The notes under the pieces are model-generated. The model saw nothing but the letters and a program-made list of their open reading frames with translations. It did no database searches and was not told the origin of the DNA. Shown piece after piece: positions 47,201 to 55,904 of a DNA stretch of 64,000 bases. The stretch lies in IMG/VR virus record IMGVR_UViG_3300032320_002249, positions 24,851 through 88,850 of that record. One strand, 5' to 3'. The position numbers and the translations under genes are program-made. Positions within the stretch are counted from its first letter, which is position 1, and each line of letters starts with the position of its first letter. This DNA comes from a virus (lineage: Duplodnaviria; Caudoviricetes).

Positions 47201-48280
47201 ACACTAACTGGTGTTTTGGGTAGAGGTGTTGATGGTAGTGTTAAGAGAACTCATCCAGCAGGGTCAATAGTTCAAAAATATGAACTAAGTGGAGTTTCTT
47301 TGAGAAGAATTAATAGTGTTCATACATTACCTTCTGATACTTTCCTAAAATCTTTGAGAGGTATTGATAATTATCATTTAAAGATTACTAGAAATGATAG
47401 AACTGGGGCTACCTTATTAAACTTCACTGAAGAACGTTCTTTGGGTGGAGAAAATGTCTCTGCAAGTAGAAATGTTCAGTATGATACTGTGACTCCACAG
47501 TTTAATATATTGACTCCTGGAGAAACTACAACAATAAGATCCCAAATAAGAAGTGTTACTGGAACTAGTGCTGGTGGAAATGAAACCTCATTCGTAGATG
47601 TTGGATTTGAGTCTGTACAATTAAATAATTCAAATAAACTATCTTCAACTAGAATCGTTTGTTCCGAAAGAAATGAACTAGCTAGATTAACTGCACTTCC
47701 AAGTAAAAAATCATTTACCTTAGGTCTAACTTTATCATCTGCTGATAGTAATCTTTCACCAGTAATAGATTTACAAAATGGAACGGTGATATTTGAAAGA
47801 AGTAGATTAAATAATCCTATAAAAGATTACACTAAGGATGGCAGAGTAAATTCTGCTACAAATGATCCCCATGCCGCAATTTATATAACAAATAAAGTTG
47901 CCTTACAGCAACCAGCTACTTCTTTAAAAGTGTTAATGAGTGCTTATAGACATTCTTCAGCAGATTTTAGAGTTCTTTATAAACTATATAAGGCGGATTC
48001 TAGTGAAGTAGAACCATCATATGTATTGTTCCCTGGTTATGATAACATGAATGATACTGACGGCGATGGATTTGGAGATACAATAATAAATTATTCAAAT
48101 AATAGTGGAAGACCAGATGCCAGAGTGCCTTCGAGTTTAGAAAATCAATTTTTAGATTATCAATTTACCGCTGATAATTTAGAACCTTTTGTTGGGTTTG
48201 TTATAAAAGTTGTTTTTAGTGGAACTAACGAGGCATACTCTCCTAGATTCAAAGACTTTAGAACAATTGCATTAGCATGA
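41201..48280 (+). CDS. Large virion structural protein (VrlC-like / DUF4815)
   Basis: TNLNVSPYNDDFD..KNYYRVLF.PG.PVQTREL, RTFEESGDY, RFKSGFFVDDF, DPVAQSF, GSLFKSQNG. Confidence 0.85.
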   Translation: MAQKTNLNVSPYNDDFDKSKNYYRVLFNPGKPVQTRELITLQSILQNQIESFGSHMFKEGSMVIPGGVTYDSDYFAVQLNPDHLGLDVSVYVNNFVGKKIQGQSSNITAIVDGYELPGDINNLDNLTLYVKYLNSNSSNEISQFEDGELLISLEDVSYGNTTITSGSSFASLISFNATSIGAAVGISDGVYFIRGTFVDVNDDKLVLDPFTNLVSYRVGLAIIEEIVKSEDDSSLYDNAKGFKNYAAPGADRLKIYTKLDKKLLTDYDDKNFIELIRIENGEVKKLQNKSEYSIVKDYFAKRTFEESGDYVVDKFTVEVANSLNDLIGSNGVYLSNQTTEQGNTPSDNLMCVKVSPGKAYVRGYDIEKVGTTLIDVEKPRDVQEVSATAVPFQMGNVIKVNNVQGTPLIGIDKDDNVVDLYSTRGANTNLVGKARVYSFNLSDDTYRNQASVWELSLFDIQTYTELTLNTALNSTQCPATSYIKGVSSGAYGYVITDASSSTILLTQVSGTFLSGEQISINESTNVVRSVAKVKQYTFEDVKRVYQSTVVSGLSTNFIADTFLYKYLPKNFSATDQLLISPAGIATCPGKNFIGIRSDAIIRYQGSQNLEIFNRVESVSSDGLTMKLVTIPGVPGVCSSIIPSSGIIQNFTVGSPKILNPEKSYLYSNLPEKNISAVSLANSDINIVVQVTNRTHSSGESTINIVDTGIPDTFFTAFDAERYSVISNTGAVEPLTSDMFQLNNDSSQLTLRNLTVSSPFTLVATLRKINLKNKNKVRLRSEKLIVSKTSKTEAGRGLTTNNFYGLRLEDREISLNVPDAIKIVGIFESLTESDPTLDELVFVSGLNLDTNSIIGETVTGQSSGTVAQIVERSSTAIKICYLNTNKFVAGEVVKFAESNIETNLLEYNVGEYLDITKNYSLDKGQRSQFYDFSRIVRTNDSYIPSRRILVVFDYFGIPTNDQGVLYTVNSYPSSSYGKYIPQVDESNASDILDFRPRVKKFTSITSSPFAFQNRDFGTAGVNSTLVVAPNESSIIGYSNYLPRIDKVVLDKLGNISVVRGVSSKNPKPPTNVEEAMDLATITLPAYLYSPSDANISLVDNKRYTMRDISKLEDRISNIEEVTSLSLLEIDTKALQIEDANRLNRFKSGFFVDDFRNTNLMNTSDNDNKVDINENSELVCPKEIYSLKPQLALNSSINPDTADYSSNLSLLDSNVRKTGDLVTLNYNEKSWIKQPLATRVTNVNPFNIIEWDGNIILNPASDNWVRTIVVSGGTRNLTGDSERTYVENVKISSEADSHIRSRNVLFNATSLKPLTRYYPFFDNVSNVDIIPKLLEISMLSGTFKSGETVDGYINGQRVIRFRTCKPNHKSGNILSPSFTYSLNPYDRNFTIPSEYGASSTIINIDTNSLAEEVNGRFFGYVSLGVFLVGLESNAQATVTDTKLVTDVYGDVQGSFFIRNPFTSPPPPIRFTLGTKTFKLSSSSTNQANTPGSLSISSAETTYSASGIVDTYTSTNVVVRRPPPPVIPPRQNQNDDERRRRARRVDPVAQSFTVDENGAYLTSLDIFFASKDATEKLTVEIRTVELGTPTNLLIQDFARVQLEPSQINVSSDASIVTRVTFPSPIYLPPNNEYAVVLLAPSTNNYEVWCARSGERTVNTQNLPDAESVIYSKQYLGGSLFKSQNGTIWTPSQYEDLTFVLYKAQFTSTSGTVYFYNPPLRADEGILTDLVTNPIKVYPRKGIVGINTTSSSVFSTGRKLKTNVSGTDVFGYVERTGGPIPSSTSLTMFNSGEGYTSTGSPFSNVPLYSITGNGSGAQATVTTSNGKVTNVVISKAGNGYSNGDILGITTSSVGNVGKNATVTVSGVVQLDTIFATSLTGDSFGNLEEVFYLDGASYVTSSVNTRSETVALSDLYEGNIIEVTHYNHGMQSDTNTVEIKGVEPNTPHTILAQELSINANTILVQDAAAGGFSTFEGLANSIGFLKINNEIIYYDSINSNTINIGTLTGVLGRGVDGSVKRTHPAGSIVQKYELSGVSLRRINSVHTLPSDTFLKSLRGIDNYHLKITRNDRTGATLLNFTEERSLGGENVSASRNVQYDTVTPQFNILTPGETTTIRSQIRSVTGTSAGGNETSFVDVGFESVQLNNSNKLSSTRIVCSERNELARLTALPSKKSFTLGLTLSSADSNLSPVIDLQNGTVIFERSRLNNPIKDYTKDGRVNSATNDPHAAIYITNKVALQQPATSLKVLMSAYRHSSADFRVLYKLYKADSSEVEPSYVLFPGYDNMNDTDGDGFGDTIINYSNNSGRPDARVPSSLENQFLDYQFTADNLEPFVGFVIKVVFSGTNEAYSPRFKDFRTIALA

Positions 48281-48483
48281 TACCAGTAGAAGGACATTCA
48301 AATCTTTATAGAGATCCTAAATCAGGGGCCATAATTAATTGTGATAATATAGAATATAACAGATATATGGCCCAAGTTAGGAATATGAAGAACCAAAAAC
48401 AGGAGATGGCAAATCTCAAAAATGAGGTTTCAGAATTAAAAAATATGATGGAAAAGGTTTTGAGATTGCTTGATGATAAATAA
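48277..48483 (+). CDS. Conserved cyanophage small coiled-coil protein
   Basis: VEGHSNLYRD..SGAIIN plus a heptad C-terminus. Confidence 0.85.
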   Translation: MIPVEGHSNLYRDPKSGAIINCDNIEYNRYMAQVRNMKNQKQEMANLKNEVSELKNMMEKVLRLLDDK

Positions 48484-48504
48484 TTTTATCTGTAGGTTGA
48501 TAAA

Positions 48505-48849
48505 ATGGCAGTTTATGTTAGTAATATTATAATTAACTGTGGGGCAGATTTTAGAACTATTTTTGAGTTGGAAGACGTTCTTACTAATTCAACAACAAAT
48601 TTAACAAATAAAATAGTAAAATCTCAACTAAGAAAACATTATAAAAGCAAAACTGCAGTTAATTTTGATGCAGCAGTAGTAGGTAATCCTATATACGGAA
48701 AGGTCCAAGTTAGTTTGGCGTCATCTATCACCTCAGGTTTAAGAGGTGGTAGGTATCTTTATGATGTAGTTTTGGAAGATTCTCTCAGTGGGGAAAAGAC
48801 TAGAATCGTAGAAGGATCTGCTTTAGTTAGAGAAGGAGTAACCAGTTAA
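48505..48849 (+). CDS. Conserved virion-associated protein
   Basis: MAVYVSNI.I..G.DF, GRYLYDV, RIVEG...V..GVT. Confidence 0.8.
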   Translation: MAVYVSNIIINCGADFRTIFELEDVLTNSTTNLTNKIVKSQLRKHYKSKTAVNFDAAVVGNPIYGKVQVSLASSITSGLRGGRYLYDVVLEDSLSGEKTRIVEGSALVREGVTS

Positions 48850-49577
48850 TGTCTAACATTAAGGTAAGAGTTGGACAACAAAATGCCGTAAAGGTATTGT
48901 CCTCTAACAGTGCAGTTTTAGCAGGAATAACCATAAAAGACGAAGGAGTTATTATAGGTTCTCCTGGTGGATTTAATGTATTAAATTTTGTTGGAAATGG
49001 ATTTGAGGCAACCGGAAATTCATCTGAAGTAACAATAACAATATATGATGCTACTACATCAACTAAAGGTGTGGCCTCATATAATCCTCTAGAATTTTAT
49101 GTTTTAAATGGAGTAGTAGGTCTAGTAACTGAAAGAATAACAGATATTATAGGTGCTACTGTAACTCTAGGAATTCAAACAAACATCTCTTTAACATATG
49201 ATGATTTTAATAATGTAATAAATGCATATGTTGCTACTGCCACCACAACTACACTTGGAGTTGCTGCTTTTAATCCAAATGGTCTTTCTGTGCAAAATGG
49301 ATATGTAAGTGTAAAGGTGGGTGCTGGTATTACTATTGAGAATGAGAAGATTTCCTTTAGAAATAATACTAGTTTACAGAATAACAAGTTAGTAAAGTGG
49401 GATACTACAAATTTACAACTAACAAATACTTTAATTGGAGATAACAGCAGTTATGTAACCGTATATAGTGATTTATACTTTAATAATCCTTGTACTGATG
49501 GTGAAGTTAAAGTATTGGGATGTGATAGTAATGAACTGTCACTGTTAAATACTGTTATAGATTGTGGAGAATACTGA
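48849..49577 (+). CDS. Fibre-like structural protein
   Basis: Repeated ATT.T.GVA.(Y/F)NP..F/L.V.NG.V units; C-terminal IDCGEY. Confidence 0.65.
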   Translation: MSNIKVRVGQQNAVKVLSSNSAVLAGITIKDEGVIIGSPGGFNVLNFVGNGFEATGNSSEVTITIYDATTSTKGVASYNPLEFYVLNGVVGLVTERITDIIGATVTLGIQTNISLTYDDFNNVINAYVATATTTTLGVAAFNPNGLSVQNGYVSVKVGAGITIENEKISFRNNTSLQNNKLVKWDTTNLQLTNTLIGDNSSYVTVYSDLYFNNPCTDGEVKVLGCDSNELSLLNTVIDCGEY

Positions 49578-49720
49578 TGAATGAGGTTGATGTTAAAGTT
49601 TTGTTAGCTAAATATCAAGAAAAAATTTCAGAGTTGACTAATTTAGTTATTTTTTATGAATCACTTATAGAAACTTTAACTAATCAACTAAAAGAAAGTA
49701 ATACTACTCCCACAGAATAA
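49577..49720 (+). CDS. Small coiled-coil protein (47 aa)
   Basis: Manual ORF MNEVDVKVLLAKYQEKISELTNLVIFYESLIETL...; TGATG overlap with the previous gene. Confidence 0.75.
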   Translation: MNEVDVKVLLAKYQEKISELTNLVIFYESLIETLTNQLKESNTTPTE

Positions 49721-49741
49721 ATATTAAAAAAGATATAGATA

Positions 49742-50584
49742 ATGGCAAAACCTAATTCCAGACAAGAACTAATAGATTATTGTTTAAGAAAACTTGGAGC
49801 ACCCATTTTAGAAATTAATTTGGATGATGACCAAATAGATGACTGTGTGGATGATGCTTTACAATACTTCCAAGAAAGACACTTTGATGGTGTTGAAAGA
49901 ATGTATTTAAAGTATGCAGTTACTCAGGATGATATTAATAGAGGTAAGGCAACCTTACAAAATAATGTCGGTTTAGTAACTACCACTGCTTCTACAACGA
50001 TAAATGGTCAGGTTAAGAATTTTAGTTTTTTTGAAAATTCTAATTTTATTCAAATTCCAGATAGCGTAATAGGAATCGAAAAAATTTGGAAGTTCGACTC
50101 TAGTACAATATCTGGAGGTATGTTCAGTATCAAATATCAAATCTTTTTAAATGACTTATATTATTTTAATTCAATTGAACTTTTAAACTATGCTATGGTT
50201 AAAACTTATTTGGAAGATATTAGTTTTCTTTTAACTCCTGATAAACAAATAAGATTCAATAAAAGACAAAATAGGATGTACCTTGATATAGATTGGGGCT
50301 CTCAAACTGTTGGAAATATTTTCATTATAGATTGCTATAGAATACTAGATCCTAATACTTTCACAAAAGTTTATAATGATAGTTTCTTGAAACGTTATTT
50401 AACTGCATTGTTGCAAAAACAGTGGGGTACAAACTTGTTTAGTAAGTTTAAAGGCGTCAAACTTCCAGGAGGAATCGAATATAATGGAAGTGAATTATAT
50501 GAAAATGCTGTGACAGAATTAGATAAAATAAAATCTGAAATGATGTTAGAGCACGAATTACCACCTTACGACTTTATTGGATAA
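49742..50584 (+). CDS. gp13: Neck protein gp13
   Basis: RQELIDYCLRKLGAPILEIN.DDDQIDD, KQWGTNL.SKF.GV.LPGG, LPPYDFIG. Confidence 0.95.
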   Translation: MAKPNSRQELIDYCLRKLGAPILEINLDDDQIDDCVDDALQYFQERHFDGVERMYLKYAVTQDDINRGKATLQNNVGLVTTTASTTINGQVKNFSFFENSNFIQIPDSVIGIEKIWKFDSSTISGGMFSIKYQIFLNDLYYFNSIELLNYAMVKTYLEDISFLLTPDKQIRFNKRQNRMYLDIDWGSQTVGNIFIIDCYRILDPNTFTKVYNDSFLKRYLTALLQKQWGTNLFSKFKGVKLPGGIEYNGSELYENAVTELDKIKSEMMLEHELPPYDFIG

Positions 50585-51978
50585 TGGCATTAAATCCCTT
50601 CTTTCTCCATGGATCGCCTGGAGAACAACGTCTTTTACAAGATTTAACTAATGAACTTATAAGATCAAGAGGAATAGATGTTCTTTACATTCCTAGAAAA
50701 TTTGTTCGTAAACAAACTATATTAGAGGAAATACAATCTTCAAGATTTGATGATAATTTTGCTATAGAAGCATTCTTATTAAATTATGATGGATATAGTG
50801 GTTCTGGAGATATTCTATCAAAGTTTGGTGTATCTATAAAAGATGATGTTACTCTAGCAATTTCTAAAGAAAGATTTGAAGATTTTATCGGAAACTTCTT
50901 ATCTTCTATGGATCCTAATGAAATAGAAGTATCCTCAAGACCTAGAGAAGGAGATTTAATATATTTTCCTTTAGGACAAAGACTATTCGAAGTAAAAAAT
51001 ACAGAGCACGAATCTCTTTTTTATCCATTAGGAAAACTCTACCATTATGAACTAACTTGTGAATTATTCGAATATGAAGATGAAGTTATTGATACAAATA
51101 TAGAAGAAGTTGACGAAAAGATGGAAGATGTGGGTTATTTAACAGAATTAAGGTTAATAGGATCTGGAACTACAGCAATTGTAACTCCAAACTTAGGAAC
51201 TGGATATGTTAAAGAAGTCACTTTAATACAAGATGGTTATGGTTATATTTCTGCTCCTCAAGTTGTATTTACAGAGGCTCCGTTGGGTGGAATAACTGCG
51301 TCTGCTGTAGCAATAACCACAAGCTTCAATAATGTTTATTCTGTTAAGGAAGTATTAATTACCAATGCTGGAAGAGGGTATCAAGAACCACCACAAATTT
51401 CATTTGTTGGTGGTAGTGGGGGAATAGGCGCAGTAGCAAAATGTTCTATAGAAAAAAATACTTATGGAATAGTTAGTGTAAACATTGTAAATCAAGGAAA
51501 TGGATACACAACTACTCCAACAATAACAGTATCTTCCCCAGGTGGCATAGGAAATACATCAATTTTAGTTTCTAGCATACAAAATAACAGATTGAGTTCT
51601 GTAAAAATTAAGAATGCAGGAAATGGGTATAATATAAATTCACCAGTTACCGTTACCGTTCAAAATCCTTCTCTAATAGCTGGTCAAGGCAATTATATCT
51701 ACAATGAGGTAATTACTGGAAGTATATCAGGAACCACTGCAAGAGTAAGAAGATGGGATGCAGATACAAAGTATTTAAAAGTCTATGTTATTAATGGAGA
51801 ATTTTATCCAGGCGAATTGATCGTTGGTGCCGCATCATCTGCGATCTATGCAGTTAATCAATTTACTGATTATAATGTTACTAACGATAAATATAATCAG
51901 AACAAAGATTTACAAGAAGAAGGAAATAACATAGTAGTTATAGACTTCAATGATAAAAATCCTTTCGGAGAAATATAA
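50584..51978 (+). CDS. gp14: Neck protein gp14 with a repeat-rich extension
   Basis: MALNPFFL.GS..EQRL, SKFG, RPREGDLIYFPL, YELTCELFEY, NPFGE. Confidence 0.93.
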   Translation: MALNPFFLHGSPGEQRLLQDLTNELIRSRGIDVLYIPRKFVRKQTILEEIQSSRFDDNFAIEAFLLNYDGYSGSGDILSKFGVSIKDDVTLAISKERFEDFIGNFLSSMDPNEIEVSSRPREGDLIYFPLGQRLFEVKNTEHESLFYPLGKLYHYELTCELFEYEDEVIDTNIEEVDEKMEDVGYLTELRLIGSGTTAIVTPNLGTGYVKEVTLIQDGYGYISAPQVVFTEAPLGGITASAVAITTSFNNVYSVKEVLITNAGRGYQEPPQISFVGGSGGIGAVAKCSIEKNTYGIVSVNIVNQGNGYTTTPTITVSSPGGIGNTSILVSSIQNNRLSSVKIKNAGNGYNINSPVTVTVQNPSLIAGQGNYIYNEVITGSISGTTARVRRWDADTKYLKVYVINGEFYPGELIVGAASSAIYAVNQFTDYNVTNDKYNQNKDLQEEGNNIVVIDFNDKNPFGEI

Positions 51979-52775
51979 TGTTTGGCAAATACTTTTATCA
52001 CGAAATTATAAGAAAAACAGTTATTGCATTTGGAACTTTATTTAATAATATTCATATTAAACATCAAAATGCAACTGACGATGTAATAAGTGATATTAAA
52101 GTAGATTTGGCATACGGTTCTATACAAAAATTTCTTGCCCGTTTAGAGCAACAGGAAGATTTAAATAAACCAGTGCAAATTACCTTGCCTAGAATGAGCT
52201 TTGAAATGAATGATATTTCATATGATTCTGAACGAAATGCTGCAATAACACAGTCTTTCAGAGCTTTAGAAAACGATAAATTGAAAAAAATATCGTCTCC
52301 AGCTCCTTATAATTTAGGATTTGAACTAAATATAATAACAAAAACTAATGATGATGGTTTACAAATACTAGAGCAAATTTTGCCCTATTTTAAAGATACA
52401 TTAATATTGTCGATTAGATATATTGAAAATATTAATGAGATAGTAGATGTTCCTTTAACATTAGACACTGTTGTAAAAGATGATGATTATGAAAGTGATT
52501 TTAATTCTAGACGTACTATAATTTGGACTTTGCAATTTACCGCAAAGGTTAATTTATATGGTCCAATTGATGATGGAACATCAAGTATCATTAGAAAGGT
52601 ATTAATAGATTTTTACTCTTCTACCGATATACTTAATGCTACTAGAGAAATGAGATATACTCTGGTTCCCAACCCAATAGATGCAACACCCAATAGTGAC
52701 TATGGTTTTAAAGAAATTTGGGAAGTTTTTGATGATTCTAAAAATTATAGTTCAATTCAACAAAAGGATATTTAA
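51978..52775 (+). CDS. gp15: Tail sheath stabiliser / tail terminator gp15
   Basis: YFYHEIIRKTVIAFGTLFNNI, LPRMSFE, LQILEQILPYF, RRTIIWTLQFTAK..LYGP. Confidence 0.93.
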   Translation: MFGKYFYHEIIRKTVIAFGTLFNNIHIKHQNATDDVISDIKVDLAYGSIQKFLARLEQQEDLNKPVQITLPRMSFEMNDISYDSERNAAITQSFRALENDKLKKISSPAPYNLGFELNIITKTNDDGLQILEQILPYFKDTLILSIRYIENINEIVDVPLTLDTVVKDDDYESDFNSRRTIIWTLQFTAKVNLYGPIDDGTSSIIRKVLIDFYSSTDILNATREMRYTLVPNPIDATPNSDYGFKEIWEVFDDSKNYSSIQQKDI

Positions 52776-52777
52776 TC

Positions 52778-53224
52778 ATGTCAAGAGAATTTGAAAGTTT
52801 AGATAAGGCTTTTAATATAGAGCCTGATCAAGTAGAAAAAAGTATAGAAAAGGTTAATTCCATAGGGGCAGAAGTTGTTAAGGTTACTTCTGATGATGTG
52901 GAAAAAGATTATAATTATGTTAGAAGTCAACTTTATTCTTTAATAGAAAAAGGAAAAAATGCTATTGATGATTTATATGAAATAGCTAGCCGATGTGAGA
53001 ATCCGGCTCGTTCATATGAAGTTTTATTCCAAGGTATAAAAAATATTGCGGATATTAGTGATAAACTTCCAGACTTGCAGAAAAAAGTTAAGGATATTGA
53101 TGAAGATAGGTCTTCCCCAAAATCTGTTACAAACAATACTGTTTTCTTCGGATCAACTTCAGAACTATCTAAACTTTTAAAACAAGAAGTTCTAAATAAT
53201 ATAGAAGATTTAAACGAGATTTAA
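52778..53224 (+). CDS. gp16: Terminase small subunit gp16
   Basis: DYNYVRSQLYSLIEKG, ARSYEV, NNTVFFGSTSELSKLLK. Confidence 0.9.
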   Translation: MSREFESLDKAFNIEPDQVEKSIEKVNSIGAEVVKVTSDDVEKDYNYVRSQLYSLIEKGKNAIDDLYEIASRCENPARSYEVLFQGIKNIADISDKLPDLQKKVKDIDEDRSSPKSVTNNTVFFGSTSELSKLLKQEVLNNIEDLNEI

Positions 53225-54001
53225 ATGTATAATTCATTCGATGAACAAGTTGCATGTATTCTAACAACTAAGAAAAAAACACCGGATCAAAGCAAATATA
53301 AAGATCCTAATGAAAAATTTAGTATTGCTAGAGTACATCCTACCAACGAAAGTGTATTGTTAAAAATATTGGTTCCTGCGACTGGAGCTGCAATTGGAGG
53401 TATGATGCTTCCAAAAGCAAAAGAAGCTGCAGACAAATTAAAAAAGAAAGGTGAGGAAAGAACAAAACTTCCTGTATCAGAAGCATGTTGGAAAGGATAT
53501 AAGCAATATGGAATGAAGAAGAAAGGTAAAAAAGAAGTTCCTAATTGCGTTCCAGTAAAAGAACAAATGATTAGAGATCCTCAAACTAAAGCCGATGCAT
53601 ATCTTAGAGGAAATTATTTTAGAGGTCTACCACCTAAAGAAAGACTTGAAGTATTAAAAAGACATGCAGGTATGGTAAAGGGCACCGCTACTCCTGCAGA
53701 TAAACAGTTATTAAATAATTCAAAGACTTATGAAGATTTCATTAGTGAAGCAAGTTCTGCTGCATGGCAAAAATCTGAAGGTAAGAGTAAGTCTGGTGGA
53801 TTAAATGAAAGGGGTCGTAAATCATATGAAAGAGAAAATCCTGGAAGTGATTTAAAGGCACCATCTAAAAAAGTAGGAAATCCTCGTAGAAAAAGTTTTT
53901 GTGCTCGAATGAAAGGAATGAAGAAGAAACTTACAAGTAAAAAAACTGCAAGAGATCCAGATTCCCGTATTAATAAGTCTCTTAGAGCCTGGAATTGTTG
54001 A
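53225..54001 (+). CDS. Basic multi-module protein with a DUF6321-like C-terminal domain; probable internal head polyprotein
   Basis: ACWKGYKQYGMKKKG.KEVPNCVP module; AWQKSEGK...GGLN..GRKSY...NPGSDLK...RRKSFCARM...SRINKSLRAWNC; internal KTYEDFISE motif. Confidence 0.7.
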   Translation: MYNSFDEQVACILTTKKKTPDQSKYKDPNEKFSIARVHPTNESVLLKILVPATGAAIGGMMLPKAKEAADKLKKKGEERTKLPVSEACWKGYKQYGMKKKGKKEVPNCVPVKEQMIRDPQTKADAYLRGNYFRGLPPKERLEVLKRHAGMVKGTATPADKQLLNNSKTYEDFISEASSAAWQKSEGKSKSGGLNERGRKSYERENPGSDLKAPSKKVGNPRRKSFCARMKGMKKKLTSKKTARDPDSRINKSLRAWNC

Positions 54002-54011
54002 TTAAAATACT

Positions 54012-55904
54012 ATGGACATTAAAGATATTCAGTTAACTCAAAAAAATGCATATTTGTCAAACCCTAATTTAAAAAAGGCAAATATACCTATTGAATATAC
54101 TGAAGAACACGTTAAAGAATACCTAAAGTGTCAAAAAAATCCGATATATTTTGCTAAAAAATATATCAAAATTGTTTCTCTTGATGATGGATTGATACCT
54201 TTTAAAATGTATCCATTCCAGGAAAAGCTGATTACAAATTTCCATAATAATAGATTCAATATTTGTAAGATGCCTCGTCAGACGGGGAAAGCTTTAGCAC
54301 TTGATACTCCGATTCCAACACCTAATGGTTGGACTACCATGGGCGACTTAAAGGTTGGAGATATTATTCTTTCCCCCTCTGGAAATAGTGTTTCAGTTAC
54401 TATGAAAACTGAAGTAATGCATAATCATGATTGCTATAAAATATACTTTGATAATGGTGAAGAAATAGTTGCTGATGTCGATCATTTGTGGGAAGTTAAC
54501 AGCTCTTATTGGAGAACCGGGAAAAAAGTCATAACTTCTAAAGATATTTACAATATATACAAAACAAAATCAAGTAACAAAAGAGGTTGTGGTGTTAATG
54601 GATCTTTATACATTAACAAATCAAAAGCTGTCAAGTTCGAAAAAAACGATCTAGAGATTGATCCGTATCTTCTTGGGGTTTGGCTTGGTGATGGGTACTC
54701 CGCTGATGGAAAAATCATAGCACATAAAAATGACTTTGATTTTTACAAAACGAAAATAAATGTAGAGTACGAGAGAGCTTCTGGTAACTGTATTAGATTT
54801 AAGGTCTCAGATTTGCATTCAAAATTAAAATCACTTAATTTATTGAAGAATAAGCACATTCCTATAACTTATTTAAGATCATCAATTGAAGATAGGATGG
54901 AACTTCTTCGTGGATTGATGGACACCGATGGCTATGTAAGAAAAAATACAAGATCTTATGAGTTTTATCAAAAAAATTATGAGCTTATATTACAATTTGT
55001 AGAATTATTGTCAAGTTTAGGAATAAAATCAAATATAAGAAATAAAAAAATAAAAGATAATTATTATCATACAGTATCATTTACAACAAAAGAGAAAGTT
55101 TTTAATCTCCCAAGAAAAGTTTCTTCTTGCGATGTTAATAAATCTTCTAGAGTGCAAGACGATAGACATTATATTCATAAAATAGAAAAGTGTGATAGCG
55201 TTCCTGTTTCTTGCATTCAAGTTGATAGTGAAGATCATTTATTTTTATGTGGTAAAACTTTCATTCCTACACACAATTCAACAACTGTAGTATCTTATCT
55301 TCTTCATTATGCACTATTTAATTCCAGTACAAATATAGCAATTTTGGCACACAAGGCTTCCGCCGCCAAAGAGCTTTTCGGACGACTTCAATTGGCATAC
55401 GAAAATTTGCCAAAGTGGATGCAACAAGGTATATTGTCTTGGAATAAACAATCATTAGAATTAGAGAACGGATCTAAAATAATCGCGTCATCTACCTCAG
55501 CATCTGCTATTAGAGGTGGTTCATATAATGTAATTTTCTTGGACGAATTTGCATTCATTCCGAATCATATTGCAGAACAATTTTTTGCATCAGTATATCC
55601 AACTATCAGCTCTGGTAAAAATACTAAAGTTATTATAGTTTCAACTCCTCGCGGTATGAATCATTTTTACCGCATGTGGCATGATGCTGAAAGAAATAAA
55701 AACGAATATGTTCCTACAGATGTGCATTGGTCTGAGGTTCCTGGTAGAGATCAAAAATGGAAAGAACAAACCATTGCAAACACCAGTGAACAACAGTTCA
55801 AGGTAGAATTTGAATGTCTTAGTGGAGATACATTAATAGAGATCCAGGATGAGAGCGGATTTATACAAAAAGTTTCTATCAAATCTCTATATGATAGAAT
55901 ATAA
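54012..55904 (+). CDS. gp17: Terminase large subunit gp17, N-terminal gene (contains a full intein and ends in a split-intein N fragment)
   Basis: YLSNPNLK, RQTGK|ST Walker A, IFLDEFAF Walker B, IIVSTPRGMNHFY; ends EFE-CLSGDT... Confidence 0.95.
   Translation: MDIKDIQLTQKNAYLSNPNLKKANIPIEYTEEHVKEYLKCQKNPIYFAKKYIKIVSLDDGLIPFKMYPFQEKLITNFHNNRFNICKMPRQTGKALALDTPIPTPNGWTTMGDLKVGDIILSPSGNSVSVTMKTEVMHNHDCYKIYFDNGEEIVADVDHLWEVNSSYWRTGKKVITSKDIYNIYKTKSSNKRGCGVNGSLYINKSKAVKFEKNDLEIDPYLLGVWLGDGYSADGKIIAHKNDFDFYKTKINVEYERASGNCIRFKVSDLHSKLKSLNLLKNKHIPITYLRSSIEDRMELLRGLMDTDGYVRKNTRSYEFYQKNYELILQFVELLSSLGIKSNIRNKKIKDNYYHTVSFTTKEKVFNLPRKVSSCDVNKSSRVQDDRHYIHKIEKCDSVPVSCIQVDSEDHLFLCGKTFIPTHNSTTVVSYLLHYALFNSSTNIAILAHKASAAKELFGRLQLAYENLPKWMQQGILSWNKQSLELENGSKIIASSTSASAIRGGSYNVIFLDEFAFIPNHIAEQFFASVYPTISSGKNTKVIIVSTPRGMNHFYRMWHDAERNKNEYVPTDVHWSEVPGRDQKWKEQTIANTSEQQFKVEFECLSGDTLIEIQDESGFIQKVSIKSLYDRI
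54291..55277 (+). mobile_element. Class-3 intein (Ala1, WCT triplet) with a LAGLIDADG homing endonuclease, 329 aa, inserted in the Walker A motif
   Basis: Starts ALALDTPIPTPNGW and ends FIPTHN|S; block B DHLW, block F VSCIQV, block G THN; YLLGVWLGDG and LLRGLMDTDG motifs. Confidence 0.9.
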
